From NCBI RefSeq assembly GCF_001194135.2, contig NC_068998.1, forward strand, positions 24,190,313 to 24,254,312: 64,000 nucleotides of DNA. Direction: 5' to 3'. Shown in pieces: positions 38,533-51,728 of this stretch (position 1 is the stretch's first letter; every line of letters begins with the position of its first letter). The position numbers and the translations under genes are program-made. The DNA is from Octopus bimaculoides (Eukaryota). The notes beneath the pieces were generated by a model. That model had not been told where the DNA came from, searched no databases, and saw only the letters and a program-made list of their open reading frames with translations.

Positions 38533-40402
38533 AAAAATATATATATGTATATATATGTACACTATGATGCAAACCAATATCCATACACAAACACCTGGGT
38601 ACTGCTATAGGCTATACTGATTGCCAGATATTTGAAAAATATTCACTTCTAGATATTGTGTTCCATCTGTTCAGTCAATCTAATTTTGAATTACCAATTT
38701 GTTTATCATAACATTAATTTTGAGGATTAATATTCGCTGACCAACAATATCAACAGAATTAGGTATATAGTAAAGTAGAATCAAAAATTTATGCTCAGGG
38801 ATTACAGAGGGGTTCATCAAGGATAAGTAATATAATGTTTGGATCTCTTTATTTAGGAATAAACTTGCACATTCATCCTGGAAAATATTATGTTCATATC
38901 AAAAGAATTTGAAGTAGTTCACGAATCTCATCTCATTATTGCTTTCATGTAGACTGAAGCAAAAATCATCCTCAAGGAATCTTATGTGTACAATTACATC
39001 CTCACAACTTATAATCACAAACACAAAGCAAGAATTGTCAAAGGACCCACATACTATGGCAAAATGGCCAACTCCTAGCAGCAGTTTCATTGAGCAACCA
39101 GAGTTTGAATCACTAGCTTTGAATTGAAATTCCAAATTTTGCATCAAAATGTTGACAACTTTTCAAAAGTATTCACATTATTGGATAATAGTGTAACATA
39201 ATCTTATTATCAAGTGCATTCGTTCTTTGAATTCTTTAATTATTGAATACCCTTAGCTTCATTAAATACAAGCATAAATGTAGTGAAGAGTTAAATGCAT
39301 ATGTTCACTTTATGACAATAAATATATCTGAAATTAAATTTGAAAATAATCTGATGCATCATTTTTTCTTTAATTTTTTCATTATCATGAAAACAAGACA
39401 AAATTCCAACTATGTCACAATATCGTGAGCAAATGCATGTGATAGTAATCACATATATCTTTTAATCTTTTTTCTACATGGCTCCATGTTGGAACAATGT
39501 CTTAATGAGTTCAAGTAATCAAGCCTATATACATATACAGGCAGACACATTTGTAAGTATCATGCATGCACAGTTGCTTATAAATATTTATGTACATTTC
39601 ATTACGCTTTAGCTTAAACAACTGACAATGTAGTTCTTAGTTTACTTGTTAGCTGCAAAATACTTTGTTTATCAAATTATGAGAAAAATTATTGTAATAA
39701 CATAGAAGACTGTGAACTAATGAAAGAATTAAAACAAGCAAAATGAAATGTCTCTAATAGGAAGATAACAAACTAAATTGCAACATCTGTCAAGGCACAT
39801 TCATTTTCTGTATTATAGTTTCACCTTATTATATTGACAGTAATATATTTTGACCAGTATTATATTTTGACCTGAAGTCAAGAATATTTATGGTAAAAAT
39901 TCTTATGACAGAAATACCATTTACAAAATGTTTATGGTGAAAATAAATGTGACAGATTTTCCTGTGGTAAACGAAATATACAATAAAGGGCTACTACAAA
40001 ATTTATGTTAAAATGGGTTCTCATTTAAAAAGCTAAAAAGCTTAACAACTGGGTTTTGTAAATCAACTCCTGGTCAGGTGCAATTCCTTAAATAACTAAA
40101 TAACTACATATAAAGATAGATACAAATACAATAACAAAGAAAATATAGATCAGAGGATAGAAGTGATCAAGATGATGGATAGGAGAAATAGCTCAATGAA
40201 CCACAATGGTACACAACTGTGATAATAGATTAAAATATTATGGGGTTGATTAAAAGTGATCAGGAAAGGGGATTAGAATTATATCAGAAGGAATCATGCA
40301 AAACAGAGTTATGATAAGTGATTAAAATTTTGCAAGTTAGACACAAAACAGCAGAATGTGGAGTGTGAACATCATTCAACCACATCACTACACATACACA
40401 AT

Positions 40403-40461
<59 letters not shown>

Positions 40462-42059
40462 ATATATATATATGAATTATTTATATATATATGAATTATT
40501 TATATATATATATATATATACATACCTTCATATGTATATGCACTTATAAATGATCATAGATATATATTCACACTTTTACTCCTATTTCAAAGATAACACT
40601 CAATCACTATTTCTATATACTATGTAATATACCATAAATTTAGTTACATTATATTTTATCATGAGAAATGAATAAAATTATAATAGATTAAAAGAATTTT
40701 AATTCATAGAAACATGACTGAGGATGAGTTATAATAAATGTCTCCATTAATAGACAATGAATACAAAAATTCCTTAGACATAGAGTAATATGTTGTACAT
40801 CCTACTATCCTGCACATCTACATTTCTATTGCTGGTGAAGATGCTTGATGATTGAGTAACATTGCTTAAAGCACTACCATTGATGGTGTAAAATATATAA
40901 TTTTGGTGCAAGCATGACTGTGTAGTAAAGCAGTTTACTTTGCTAAAACATGATTCTAGGCTTAATTTCATAGCATGAAAACTTAGACAAGTAACTTCAA
41001 ATAAACCTTATGTTCACTGATATTTTGTGACGTAAAAGAAATTTGCTCGATGGATATGTTGTAGAAACTCGTCATAAGTAGGTATGTCACTGCATCCCTT
41101 GCATAGTGTGTGTGGATGTCCATTCCTGTGTTTATGAAAAAAGGTGCATTGAGTTGCATCACTTTATATAAAATGGTAGCTGTTAAATTATCTAGTTATT
41201 CAGTAAATGGAGAATATCTATTGATGCAAGTATGAGATAAATATAATTGAATAATGCCATTGAAGGTAGTGCTCCAGCATGGCCTCAGTCCAATATCAAA
41301 AATCAGTAACAGCCAAAACAAAAATGGGAAAAAAATGGATCTTCTTATTTGTTGTTAAAACTGAACAAAACTTTTTGATTATCATCGAAGTTTACATTAT
41401 TACAAATCAAGCTCAATACAAATATGAAAACTATATCCATATTCTTATTATCCCCCAAGGGAAGGTTTTCTTCCATTCCTACTGAATAACTAGACATCAT
41501 TTATTTGCTTCTGCAAATATTATCTATATTCTTTCCTTCCTTTCCCATTTTCTTCAGCAATCTTTGTCTTCATTTCATTCTTTATAATCTTTACCATCAA
41601 ATATACATTGTTTTGTAATGTGTATCTATGGTAAACTCACTAGAATTTGAATACAAAATATGTTATTCATCTGTCAAATTTCACTATATCAACATCCAGG
41701 AAAATTGATATGCAAAGATTTCTAATTTAGATTTTTATTTTGATAAACAGAATGGTGAAAATGTGAAAATTTTACTTTCTCTTATTTTAATCAGTTACTT
41801 TATACATTTTCCAAAGAAATTGATAGAGCTTATATTTCAGTATTAAATAACATCATCTTGGATACTTTTATAGGTGTCATATTTACATTTATTATTATAT
41901 ATAAAAATTTGTTTGTGTGTACACATGTATGTATGTAAGGGTGTGAGTGTGTGCATATATAAGTTGTGTATGTATGTATATATATATGTGTGTGTGTATG
42001 TGTATAGATATGTGTAAATATATGTATGTATATATATGTACGTATATATATATATATAC

Positions 42060-42469
42060 AGGCGTAGGAGTGGCTGTGTGGTATGTACCATATTGTTCCG
42101 GGTTCAGTCCCACTGTGTGGCACCTTGGGCAAGTGTCTTCTGCTATAGCCTTGGGCCGACCAAAGCCTTGTGAGTGGATTTGGTAGACGGAAACTGAAAG
42201 NNNNNNNNNNTGTCTTCTGCTATAGCCTTGGGCCGACCAAAGCCTTGTGAGTGGATTTGGTAGACGGAAACTGAAAGAAGCCCGTCGTATATATGTATAT
42301 ATATGTATGTATTTTTGTGTGTATATGTTTGTGTGTGTGTTTGTTCCCCCAACATTGCTTGACAACCAATGCTGGTGTGTTTACGTCCCTGTAACTTAGC
42401 AGTTCGGCAAGAGAGTACAATATAATAAGTACTAGGCTTACAAAGAATAAGTCCTGGGGTCAATTTGCT
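42060..42469 (+). mobile_element. CORE-like SINE (67 bp duplicated across a 10-N gap)
   Basis: aggcgtaggagtggctgtgtgg...gggttcagtccc...caccttgggcaagtgtcttctgctatagcc. Confidence 0.9.
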
Positions 42470-42620
42470 NNNNNNNNNNNNNNNNNNNNNNNNNNNNNNN
42501 NNNNNNNNNNNNNNNNNNNNNNNNNNNNNNNNNNNNNNNNNNNNNNNNNNNNNNNNNNNNNNNNNNNNNATATATATATATATAAGCATACGTGTATGTA
42601 TATATATGTATATGTATATT

Positions 42621-42842
42621 TATGAGGCATGCTGAAAAGTACTTGCCTTTGGATAAAAGAAAAGCCAGGAGGATCAGTTAATTATGATTTTATTCAACAT
42701 ATTCTCCTCTCAGATTCGCACACTTGATGCAGCAGCCATTCATCTTTTCTAAGCCCTGTAAAAGAACTCAGAAGATTGGGCTTCCAGACATGCCTTTCTT
42801 AATACCCTTAAAGCCAGGCACTTGTCAGCACCCTTTCATGTA
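42621..42842. mobile_element. mariner-type MITE
   Basis: Imperfect TIRs tatgaggcatgctgaaaagtacttgccttt / aaagccaggcacttgtcagcaccctttcatgta with TA ends. Confidence 0.7.
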
Positions 42843-42879
42843 TATAACCTGTATTTGACATATGATCTTGCAATCTAGA

Positions 42880-43072
42880 TTCACCCATATATGCATGTAT
42901 GCATACATATAGATGTAGGTATGTACATATATGTATGGATATATGCATATATCTATATATATATCAGTATACGTATGCATGTATATATATACATATATAT
43001 ATGTATGTATGTGCATATATGTGTGTGTGAGCATGTGTGTAAGTGCATATTTATATACACATGCACACACGC

Positions 43073-43122
<50 letters not shown>

Positions 43123-43134
43123 GATAGATAGATA

Positions 43135-43181
<47 letters not shown>

Positions 43182-43216
43182 GAGAATGTACGAAAAAACA
43201 ACAGACGAGGACAGGT

Positions 43217-43259
<43 letters not shown>

Positions 43260-43270
43260 CTGTGTATGTA
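42880..43270. repeat. Compound (TA)n/(CA)n/(TATG)n microsatellite field
   Basis: Direct sequence; source of many spurious ORFs. Confidence 0.95.
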
Positions 43271-43550
43271 TACGTGCATCTAAGCACGAATACAAAAAAT
43301 TTTCATCTCAATATCATCTTCCTTTCAACTTCTACTTCCTTTTCTTTCTCTTAATGGTTACAACAATGATGGCTCATTACATTATTTTCACTAATCTAGA
43401 ATGAATAATATTCACATTCATATTTGAATTTTTCGCGTTTCAAATTTTCTCTGCTTTTAACTAATTCCCAAAGTTGATGGACATATGCCAGTACATAAAA
43501 CCAAATCTGAAAATCGCTAGAGAGGATTTTTATTTTTTTTTTATTTATTT

Positions 43551-43594
43551 ATATACCTGAAGAGACCTAGAACGGGTTGAAACATGTGTCATAC
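43551..43594 (+). ncRNA. Penelope-type hammerhead ribozyme relic
   Basis: atac CTGAAGA gacc tagaacg ggtt GAAAC atgtGTC atac: intact core and 4-bp stem II, palindromic ACATGT; stem I register is broken. Confidence 0.4.
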
Positions 43595-44254
43595 TAAATA
43601 AAATCTTTTATTCCATCTCTTATTTTATTAATACTGTTACCTCAACTGCTACTACAAAGTTCCTGCAATAAATCTACAGATAACAATGGGTAATCGAAAC
43701 TTCTGGTGCTTTACTCCTCATCTACTTATACATTTTGTATAATTTCTCCATTATATATATATATATNNNNNNNNNNNNNNNNNNNNNNNNNNNNNNNNNN
43801 NNNNNNNNNNNNNNNNNNNNNNNNNNNNNNNNNNNNNNNNNNNNNNNNNNNNNNNNNNNNNNNNNNNNNNNNNNNNNNNNNNNNNNNNNNNNNNNNNNNN
43901 NNNNNNNNNNNNNNNNNNNNNNNNNNNNNNNNNNNNNNNNNNNNNNNNNNNNNNNNNNNNNNNNNNNNNNNNNNNNNNNNNNNNNNNNNNNNNNNNNNNN
44001 NNNNNNNNNNNNNNNNNNNNNNNNNNNNNNNNNNNNNNNNNNNNNNNNNNNNNNNNNNNNNNNNNNNNNNNNNNNNNNNNNNNNNNNNNNNNNNNNNNNN
44101 NNNNNNNNNNNNNNNNNNNNNNNNNNNNNNNNNNNNNNNNNNNNNNNNNNNNNNNNNNNNNNNNNNNNNNNNNNNNNNNNNNNNNNNNNNNNNNNNNNNN
44201 NNNNNNNNNNNNNNNNNNNNNNNNNNNNNNNNNNNNNNNNNNNNNNNNTATATA

Positions 44255-44653
44255 TTCTCTTTACTCTCTCTTACTTGTTTCAGTCATTTGACTGTGCCCA
44301 TGCTGGAGCACTGCCTTTAGTCAAGCAAATCAACCTCGGGACTTATTCTTTGTTAGCCTAGTACTTATTCTATCGGTCTTTTTTGCCAAACCGCTAAGTT
44401 ACGGGAACGTAAACACAACAGCATTGGTTGTCAAGTGATGTTGGGAGAGACAAACACAGACACACAAACATATACACACACATACATGTATACGATGGAT
44501 TCCTTTCAGTTTCAGTCTACCAAATCCACTCACAAGGCTTTGGTCAGCCCGAGGCTATAGTTGGAGACACTTGCCCAAGGTGCCACGCAGTGGGACTGAA
44601 CCCAGGACCATATGGTTCGTAAGCAAGCTACTTACCACACAGCCACTCCTATG
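44255..44653 (-). mobile_element. CORE-like SINE (well preserved)
   Basis: Full reverse-complement copy: ctctttactctctcttacttgtttcagtcatttgac...gacacttgcccaaggtgccacgcagtgggactgaacccag...accacacagccactcct. Confidence 0.92.
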
Positions 44654-45954
44654 CCTATGTGTGTATATATATATANNNNNNNNNNNNNNNNNNNNNNNNN
44701 NNNNNNNNNNNNNNNNNNNNNNNNNNNNNNNNNNNNNNNNNNNNNNNNNNNNNNNNNNNNNNNNNNNNNNNNNNNNNNNNNNNNNNNNNNNNNNNNNNNN
44801 NNNNNNNNNNNNNNNNNNNNNNNNNNNNNNNNNNNNNNNNNNNNNNNNNNNNNNNNNNNNNNNNNNNNNNNNNNNNNNNNNNNNNNNNNNNNNNNNNNNN
44901 NNNNNNNNNNNNNNNNNNNNNNNNNNNNNNNNNNNNNNNNNNNNNNNNNNNNNNNNNNNNNNNNNNNNNNNNNNNNNNNNNNNNNNNNNNNNNNNNNNNN
45001 NNNNNNNNNNNNNNNNNNNNNNNNNNNNNNNNNNNNNNNNNNNNNNNNNNNNNNNNNNNNNNNNNNNNNNNNNNNNNNNNNTATATATATATATATATAT
45101 TTCCCTGTCTCTTATGGTTTCTCTATTTTTCCTGTACTTTTTCATTCTTTTTTTTGCCTTTTACTTTTTGTCATATGCATTCTTTCCTTTTTCTCTCACT
45201 TTTAATTTATTTTCTTTCTTACCATCTTTGCCTCTTTATTGACCACATCTTACTTCATCACATCTGACTCTCCTTTTCTATTTCTCTCTCATTTTCTATA
45301 TGTTACTTTCCTCATCTCCTAATCTTTCAATTTTCCTTATCTCTCGTTCTTCCTTTTTTCTTTGTAAAACCATATGTTCTACCATTCCACTAGCATTTAC
45401 AAAATCATCTGTCTTTCTTTTACTTTATAAAGAGATTTCAATTAAAAATCACCTTGTTTTCCATTTTCAACTTACATTTGATATGTTGCCAATTGATTGT
45501 AAAAGGGAAAGCTACATTTTGTTGTAATCATAATTTGAACTTGTACATATAAAAGTTCACCTCCCTTTCAGATTAATTACAATCAGGAATCATGTTATTT
45601 TTCAACCGCTGGCACATCATACCAACATGATCTGCAGCACTACAGAAGTCAAGTTTTGTGATCTAAATTTAAATTACAGTTATAACCAACACTTTTAACT
45701 TCCAATCAATAGTTAGTTACTTTACCCTTACTCTGATTCTGCCCTTTTCTTATGCCTTGTAGTCATTTCAACTTGTTTGATATTTTTGGTTTTAATCAAA
45801 AGAAACATCTTTATATTATTAGAACGTTTAAATATAAACAAACAGGGAAGAAGAAAGATAAGAAAAGAAAAGAAAGAAAAGGAAGTAAAAAGAGGCAGGG
45901 TAAAGCAGTGGACGATGGAGGTGGGGCAATGGCCACAAATCCCTGAACAAATGG

Positions 45955-46186
45955 TGTTATTTCTTTACTACCCACAAGGGACTACACACAGAGGGACAAA
46001 CAAGGACAGACAAACGGATTAAGTCGATTATATCGACCCCACTGCGTAACTGGTACTTATTGAATCGATCCCGAAAGGATGAAAGGCAAAGACGACCTCG
46101 GCAGAATTTGAACTCAGAACGTAGTGGCAGACGAAATACCGCTAAGCATTTCGCCCGGCGTGCTACTGCTTCTGCCAGCTCACCGC
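45955..46186 (-). mobile_element. Meta-like SINE subfamily (young)
   Basis: gtcgattatatcgacccc...cccgaaaggatgaaaggcaaagacgacctcggcagaatttgaactcagaacg; CpGs retained. Confidence 0.9.
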
Positions 46187-46689
46187 TCTGAACAATTGGT
46201 GTGCACAGCCATGCCCCATGCTGGTAACTATAATGGTGTGGTCACCACCATAGGGTTCATTCCTCCAATGGGTCACCATTATCCCTCTTTTTTGCAGAGG
46301 AAATCGGTAGTATGGGTTCCTAGAACACCTGTCATCTCAACTGGCACAAACCCATATTTTATAACTTCCCTAAATATACTCCATTTCTGCATTCAGAGAA
46401 CTATTTTCACATCAGTATTATATTTTTTCTAGCTCCACATTGACTATTGGAGATATTTACCTTATTTTAATATCTCTGTATTATTTACTAACTAGCATAC
46501 CTGTATCATGAAAAATGCCAACAGTTTTATTAATTATAGAAAATAACATATCGGAACAATGAAAGAAACCATTTTTAAATGTCAGCGATCAAATAAATAT
46601 ATGTACATATATACAGAATTGAAGCACTTAAGGAATCAGATATGGTTGTAGAGTCTTGGTTGAAAATATCATTCACATATTCTTTTATC

Positions 46690-47971
46690 TTCAGCACTGG
46701 ATGGATGGCAGTGTTATACTTGGTGAACAGGTTGATAAAGAGCTACTCACCACAAAATTGACTACAGTCAGGACCTCCTTCACCGAGTTCCGTACCTTGG
46801 ACTTCAGTGACCTGTGGCTCTTGCTCTCTCAGAACCAAGTGATGTTGCTGAAAAGATCATCTTCCTCCTTCTCGTTGCTGCTGGTGCTGCTGTCCTCCTC
46901 ATTGGTCTCCATTAGGATTGTCTCTAAGATGATCTCCATAGCATTTGTTATTCTGCTAACCTGGCTGTTATTATACTGCTCCAGCCAAAACAGGTGAAAC
47001 TGGGGATGGAAGGCAGTAGCCAGCTGGCACTCTAGGTCTTCTAGGAGGAGCCCACACCTTTTCATGATGCCTGCCAGTATCACGTCTACCAGAGTACTGC
47101 AGTACAGGAGATGTTAGAATTTGGCCTCTTTCAACTTTATGACGGAAACCACTACAGTTGGCAGAAGGTTCCCAAGAGAGGCCTCATCCTCCCACTGGAT
47201 TTTATCCCTGGCCTTGGTAACATTAGACATCACCCGGGCACACTCCGTCAGGAAGCTGACATCAGAATCAGCAAAGGTCTACAGCTTCAACTGTGTCATC
47301 ACCCTGTGGATGGTTCCCTTTCTCCAGTAGGTTGTTGAGAACAACAACAGAGTTACAGGTAGAGTTCCATCTGGTACTGTTGGGGACCACCAACCTCCAC
47401 TTCAACCCCTTCCAGAATGTTGTTAGCTACCACCATGCTGCAGCTCTGCAGATTCCACAACTACTGTGCCTTGGACATGGCCTTCCTGCAGGCCAACTTG
47501 AACAAAGTGCTGTCAAGGGCCTTGTCAGCATCCATGCTGGCTACCAAGTTGAAGATATGGGTTGCACACTTCATGTGCACCCCAGGCCACTAGAGTCGTG
47601 AAGGATTGCATCAATGGACATTTACTCAACTTTGTCCACATCCCCAGCCTCGGGATCTACATCCAGGTCCACATCCTCGATGCCCTCCACATCCGGATTG
47701 GCAGTATCCTCAGGAATGTCTGGCAAGAGTTCAACTTATGTACCAAAATGCAAGGATTTTGCTATAGTTTGTCATGGCCCTGGTCACCTTGTCTTACAGA
47801 TGGAACTTGTAATGGGTATTCATCATGGCCTGGGTGAAAGCATCAAAGTGTGATGCCCTCTGAGTCAAGAACAGGCCAGGATGGCGTGTTGTCTCATGCA
47901 GGTTTTGGGGTCCAGCCAGTGCACCAAAATGTTAAATTGTTAAGAGACATAAATTGTAAAATTAAAAACTT

Positions 47972-48003
<32 letters not shown>

Positions 48004-49385
48004 TACGGAGATGTACTTGCATAGTAAGTGACCTGATCTGAGACTGTGTGCTGAAACAAAAACAATTGCAGCATGGAACATGTTTATAAGGCATTTAAAA
48101 ACACACAAAAACTGTTATATTCACTTCAACATTTAAATTCAATTTATGAAAATATTTTCACTGCTTTGAAACCGTGACCTGTTCACTGAAAAGATTCTGT
48201 GCTGCATCTGTGTGTGTGTATGTATNNNNNNNNNNNNNNNNNNNNNNNNNNNNNNNNNNNNNNNNNNNNNNNNNNNNNNNNNNNNNNNNNNNNNNNNNNN
48301 NNNNNNNNNNNNNNNNNNNNNNNNNNNNNNNNNNNNNNNATTTCAGAACTTAAGGTTCGTTTATTCATTATTACATTAAATATTGCTGTTTTGGCTGTGC
48401 AGACTTAATCATCAGTGGAATATATAAATACCATATATTAGGAAGGAATTTCAACCATGTTTCGTGGTCTGCTACCACAACAGCTTCTTTATAGGATCCA
48501 GTTAGCTCAAGACATCATCAGGAGGAACCACGTCCGGTTTCGGCCCCTACTCCTCTACCGTTTTGACGTGGCGGGGCCCTTCCTTTCGGAGGTGTCTTCA
48601 GCTCTGGTGTTGGGTGCATGTCTTCTTTCTTCTATTCCCTGGCCTCTACAATGCAGCATCAACGAGTGTCAGCGTCCGACTGATCGTCATGTCAAGTTCC
48701 CCTTTTTATTTCATTTAGCTATTTTTCATTTTATTACATTAATTAAGAAAATAATTATTTGATAAATAATTAAATTAAATTAAATTAAGAAAATATGAAG
48801 TATGCCATGATAATAATTTAATAAACTTGTATAATTTTAATTTAGAAATATCTTGTAAGATAATTTCAACTGTTTATGGCTGGCCAAGATCATTCTGTCC
48901 AGGGTGCAGCGGGTCATCGACGTCTTGCTGAGGTCCAGTGTCTTGATCAGGCCAACCAAGGTGGGGGACTCCACTACATGCAGCAGTAGCATGTTGTTGA
49001 CAAACAAGTCTACAATCTTTCTGTCCACCATAGACTGACGGACACCAGTGCCAGCAGTTTGGGCAAATGCCTTGGTGTGCTTTCTTTGCACATGGCTTTG
49101 ATGACTGGCTACTGGCACTGCTACCAGAAGGTTGTCTGTGTTTCCCACAGGAAGATCCATCCTTGATCCCCTCCTCAAACTGGATGGCAAGCACTTGGTG
49201 TTTCCGCTTGACATGCAACTTCAAGTTGGAGAGGTTCACTATTTGTCCCTTGATAGGGGTCTCCTCGGGCTAGCACATGACACCCCAGAAGTACAGGATT
49301 TTGGCGTTCTTCTTATCCCGTGATGTGAGGACAAAGTAGTCCTCCAGGTAGGAAACGGATTCTGAGACTCCTGGCTCTCAAATTG
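46690..49385 (-). pseudogene. hAT transposase pseudogene
   Basis: In order: YLEDYFVLTSRDKKNAKILYF..MC...NLSNLKLHVKRKH (BED finger); VDRKIVDLFVNNML.LHVVESP.LVGLIKTLD; VHWLDPK..RQHAILAC..LRGHH; CATHIFNLVASMDADKAL (CxxH); TRWNS; LFTKYNTAI. Many stops and frameshifts. Confidence 0.9.
48440..48712 (-). repeat. Interspersed repeat (homolog of 3110-3395) nested in the hAT transposase
   Basis: Colinear homology with 3110-3395; CpG-rich and less decayed. Confidence 0.75.
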
Positions 49386-49873
49386 AGTGACCTATGCCTC
49401 ACCTACAAGCGTTAAAGAGTTCTCAACAGGCCCTTCATCCTCAGACTAAACAAAAACGTCTTCACCTTCCATAACAATAAGCGATAACTTGATAAGCCAA
49501 TAACGTACAATTCTGTCACTGACACTGTAAGACTGTCTGTAAAGTGACAACATCATAAGTAAACACAACTCAAACTGCAGAATTACACAATGCTGCTCAG
49601 CTAGCTGCGGCTGCATTGATCAATCACATCTTGTCACATGTACACGTAGTCAGCCAATAGCATGCCTGAGAGACTCTTTGAGACATGCCCACAACAGACA
49701 GGAACAAACATATGAATTTTGTTATCAGACTTAAAGTTAGTGGAACTAAATTTAGCAGAAATTAGTTGGTCCGTAAATGATTTCCAAAGTTAGTGAAAAC
49801 GCTAATCTGCTAAACAAAAAGAGTTAGCTTCACTAATTAGCTGTTAACGGATTAGTAGCACCGTGCCCACCAC

Positions 49874-49935
<62 letters not shown>

Positions 49936-49949
49936 CGCACACACACACA

Positions 49950-50082
49950 CACACATTTGCTTCCCAACTACATTGACCTGGGTTCAGTCCCCCTGCATGG
50001 GCAAGTATCTTTTACTATAGCCTTGGGCCAACCAAAGCTTTGTGAGTGGATTTGGTAGACAGAAACTGAAAGAAGCCTGTTA
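49950..50082 (+). mobile_element. CORE-like SINE, 5' part
   Basis: gcttcccaactac...gggttcagtcc...gggcaagtatcttttactatagcc...gaaactgaaagaagcc. Confidence 0.8.
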
Positions 50083-50289
50083 TATATATATATATATATA
50101 TATATAATCAAGTGGAGAATGGTGTGATTTAAATGATAAATTACTTGCCTCTAGGTACCTTCTAACAAAGACGGTACCCACACAAGTAATCTCCAGGAGT
50201 GACTTCAGATTTAATTACTCCCCGGTTGATTAAATACGTCAGCCTACCCCTTGAATGTTTGAATATTTAAACAATCCTATCATATGCAT

Positions 50290-50497
50290 CATCATCATCA
50301 TCATCATCGTTTAACGTCCGCTTTCCATGCTAGCATGGGTTGGACGATTTGACTGAGGACTGGTGAAACCGGATGGCAACACCAGGCTCCAGTCTAATTT
50401 GGCAGAGTTTCTACAGCTGGATGCCCTTCCTAACGCCAACCACTCAGAGAGTGTAGTGGGTGCTTTTACGTGTCACCCGCACTGCTTTTACGTGTCA

Positions 50498-50505
<8 letters not shown>
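50290..50505 (-). mobile_element. (GAT)n-tail SINE (young)
   Basis: catcatcatcgtttaacgtccgctttccatgctagcatggg...gatgcccttcctaacgccaacc; gcttttacgtgtcacccgca occurs twice in tandem. Confidence 0.9.
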
Positions 50506-50529
<24 letters not shown>

Positions 50530-50575
50530 NNNNNNNNNNNNNNNNNNNNNNNNNNNNNNNNNNNNNNNNNNNNNN

Positions 50576-50610
<35 letters not shown>

Positions 50611-50815
50611 CATTTGTGTTTGTGTTTGTCCCCTCCTCTGTCAGTACTTGACAACTGGTGTTGGTGTGTTTACATCCCCATACTTTAGCAATTTGGCAAA
50701 AGATACTAACAGAACAAGAACTAGACTAAAAAAAGTAATAAGTCTTAGGGACGATTTTTCCACTGCAATCATTGAAGGCTGTGTCCCAGCATGGCCACAT
50801 GGCCACAGTCTAATG
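50576..50815 (+). mobile_element. CORE-like SINE, 3' part
   Basis: gtgtttgtccc...cttgacaactggtgttggtgtgtttacatccc...ccagcatggcc. Confidence 0.78.
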
Positions 50816-51728
50816 ATTGTGTGGGTATGTATATATCTAAAGATACACACACACACACACACACACAGATAGATATGCAGGCATACATCAATTCATTTCT
50901 TATTAAGTTTTAATGTCACCCCTGAAATCTCATCCATTTATTTACTAGCAGACTATCAGATAATTTTTTGGAAATACATTGTCTCTTGAAATCAATTCTA
51001 TTGTTTTCTAAGGGTTTTTTTTTTTAAAGACATATTTTTCAACTTTGCAATGTATAAGTATTCCACATTTTAAACTTTTACATGTAGATCTCATATGTTT
51101 CTCACACTATTATGCACTCTCTTTGCATCTTCAATATTTTCTGATTATTATCTCTTTTTCTCCACCTATACACACACATATATATATATACATGTGCATA
51201 TACATAAATACTTATGTACATCTATCTATATGTATATAGATTTGGAGAGAGAGAGAGAAAGAGAGATAAGTAGATAGATAGATATACTTATGCACATATG
51301 TATTTCCCTACATTTATAGCTATTTTGTCACTTACATAGGTCGTTTAGTTTCTCTCTCTTTTTATTCCTGCTTACATGTATACATAAATTTCTAAATAAA
51401 ACTGTGTCAATGTGGAATCTTTGGAAGAGAAAATCTCTTGAAATAGAATGTAGAAACCCTTAATGGAGTCTGCATTGTTCCGTAGTCATTCACAGTATGT
51501 CTCCCTGACTCAATTTAAACAGTTTTATGTACGATAAGTTCATGGGAGCAAAATGCATTGCAATTTTTCATGAAACATTAAAAACAAAATACTTATTCTC
51601 AGCATCTGTATTATACTCAGTCTTTTATTTGCTAGTTTTATTACTAACCCTGTGAATATTTATCACATATCGTGGAACCTTGGTTTACAAATTTAATTCG
51701 ATCCTGAAGGCTGTTCGTCAATTACCAG

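Larger units (their letters stand above)
46690..49875 (-). mobile_element. hAT DNA transposon (BED-finger transposase), 3'-truncated and internally interrupted
   Basis: Terminus CAGTGGTGGGCAC (reverse complement of 49863-49875) with gctaa/actaa subterminal repeats at 49730-49860; transposase relic downstream on the minus strand. Confidence 0.88.

Noticed and set aside
38820-39130. Weak resemblance to RT motifs (YAQG..RGS..; KGPTYYGKMAN)
   Set aside because: The motifs are in inconsistent frames with no YxDD equivalent; not distinguishable from chance by eye.
41830-45267. Many 60-220-aa ORFs rich in Y/I/H/T/C/V or X
   Set aside because: They are translations of (TA)n/(CA)n microsatellites and N gaps, not genes. 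The same applies to 5832-6403, 11180-11481, 36305-36625 and 52695-53699.
48000-48210. Repeat with a GAAA-ATATTT palindrome resembling a hammerhead on the minus strand
   Set aside because: It lacks the CUGANGA core (reads CAGUGAACA) and helix II does not pair in this copy.
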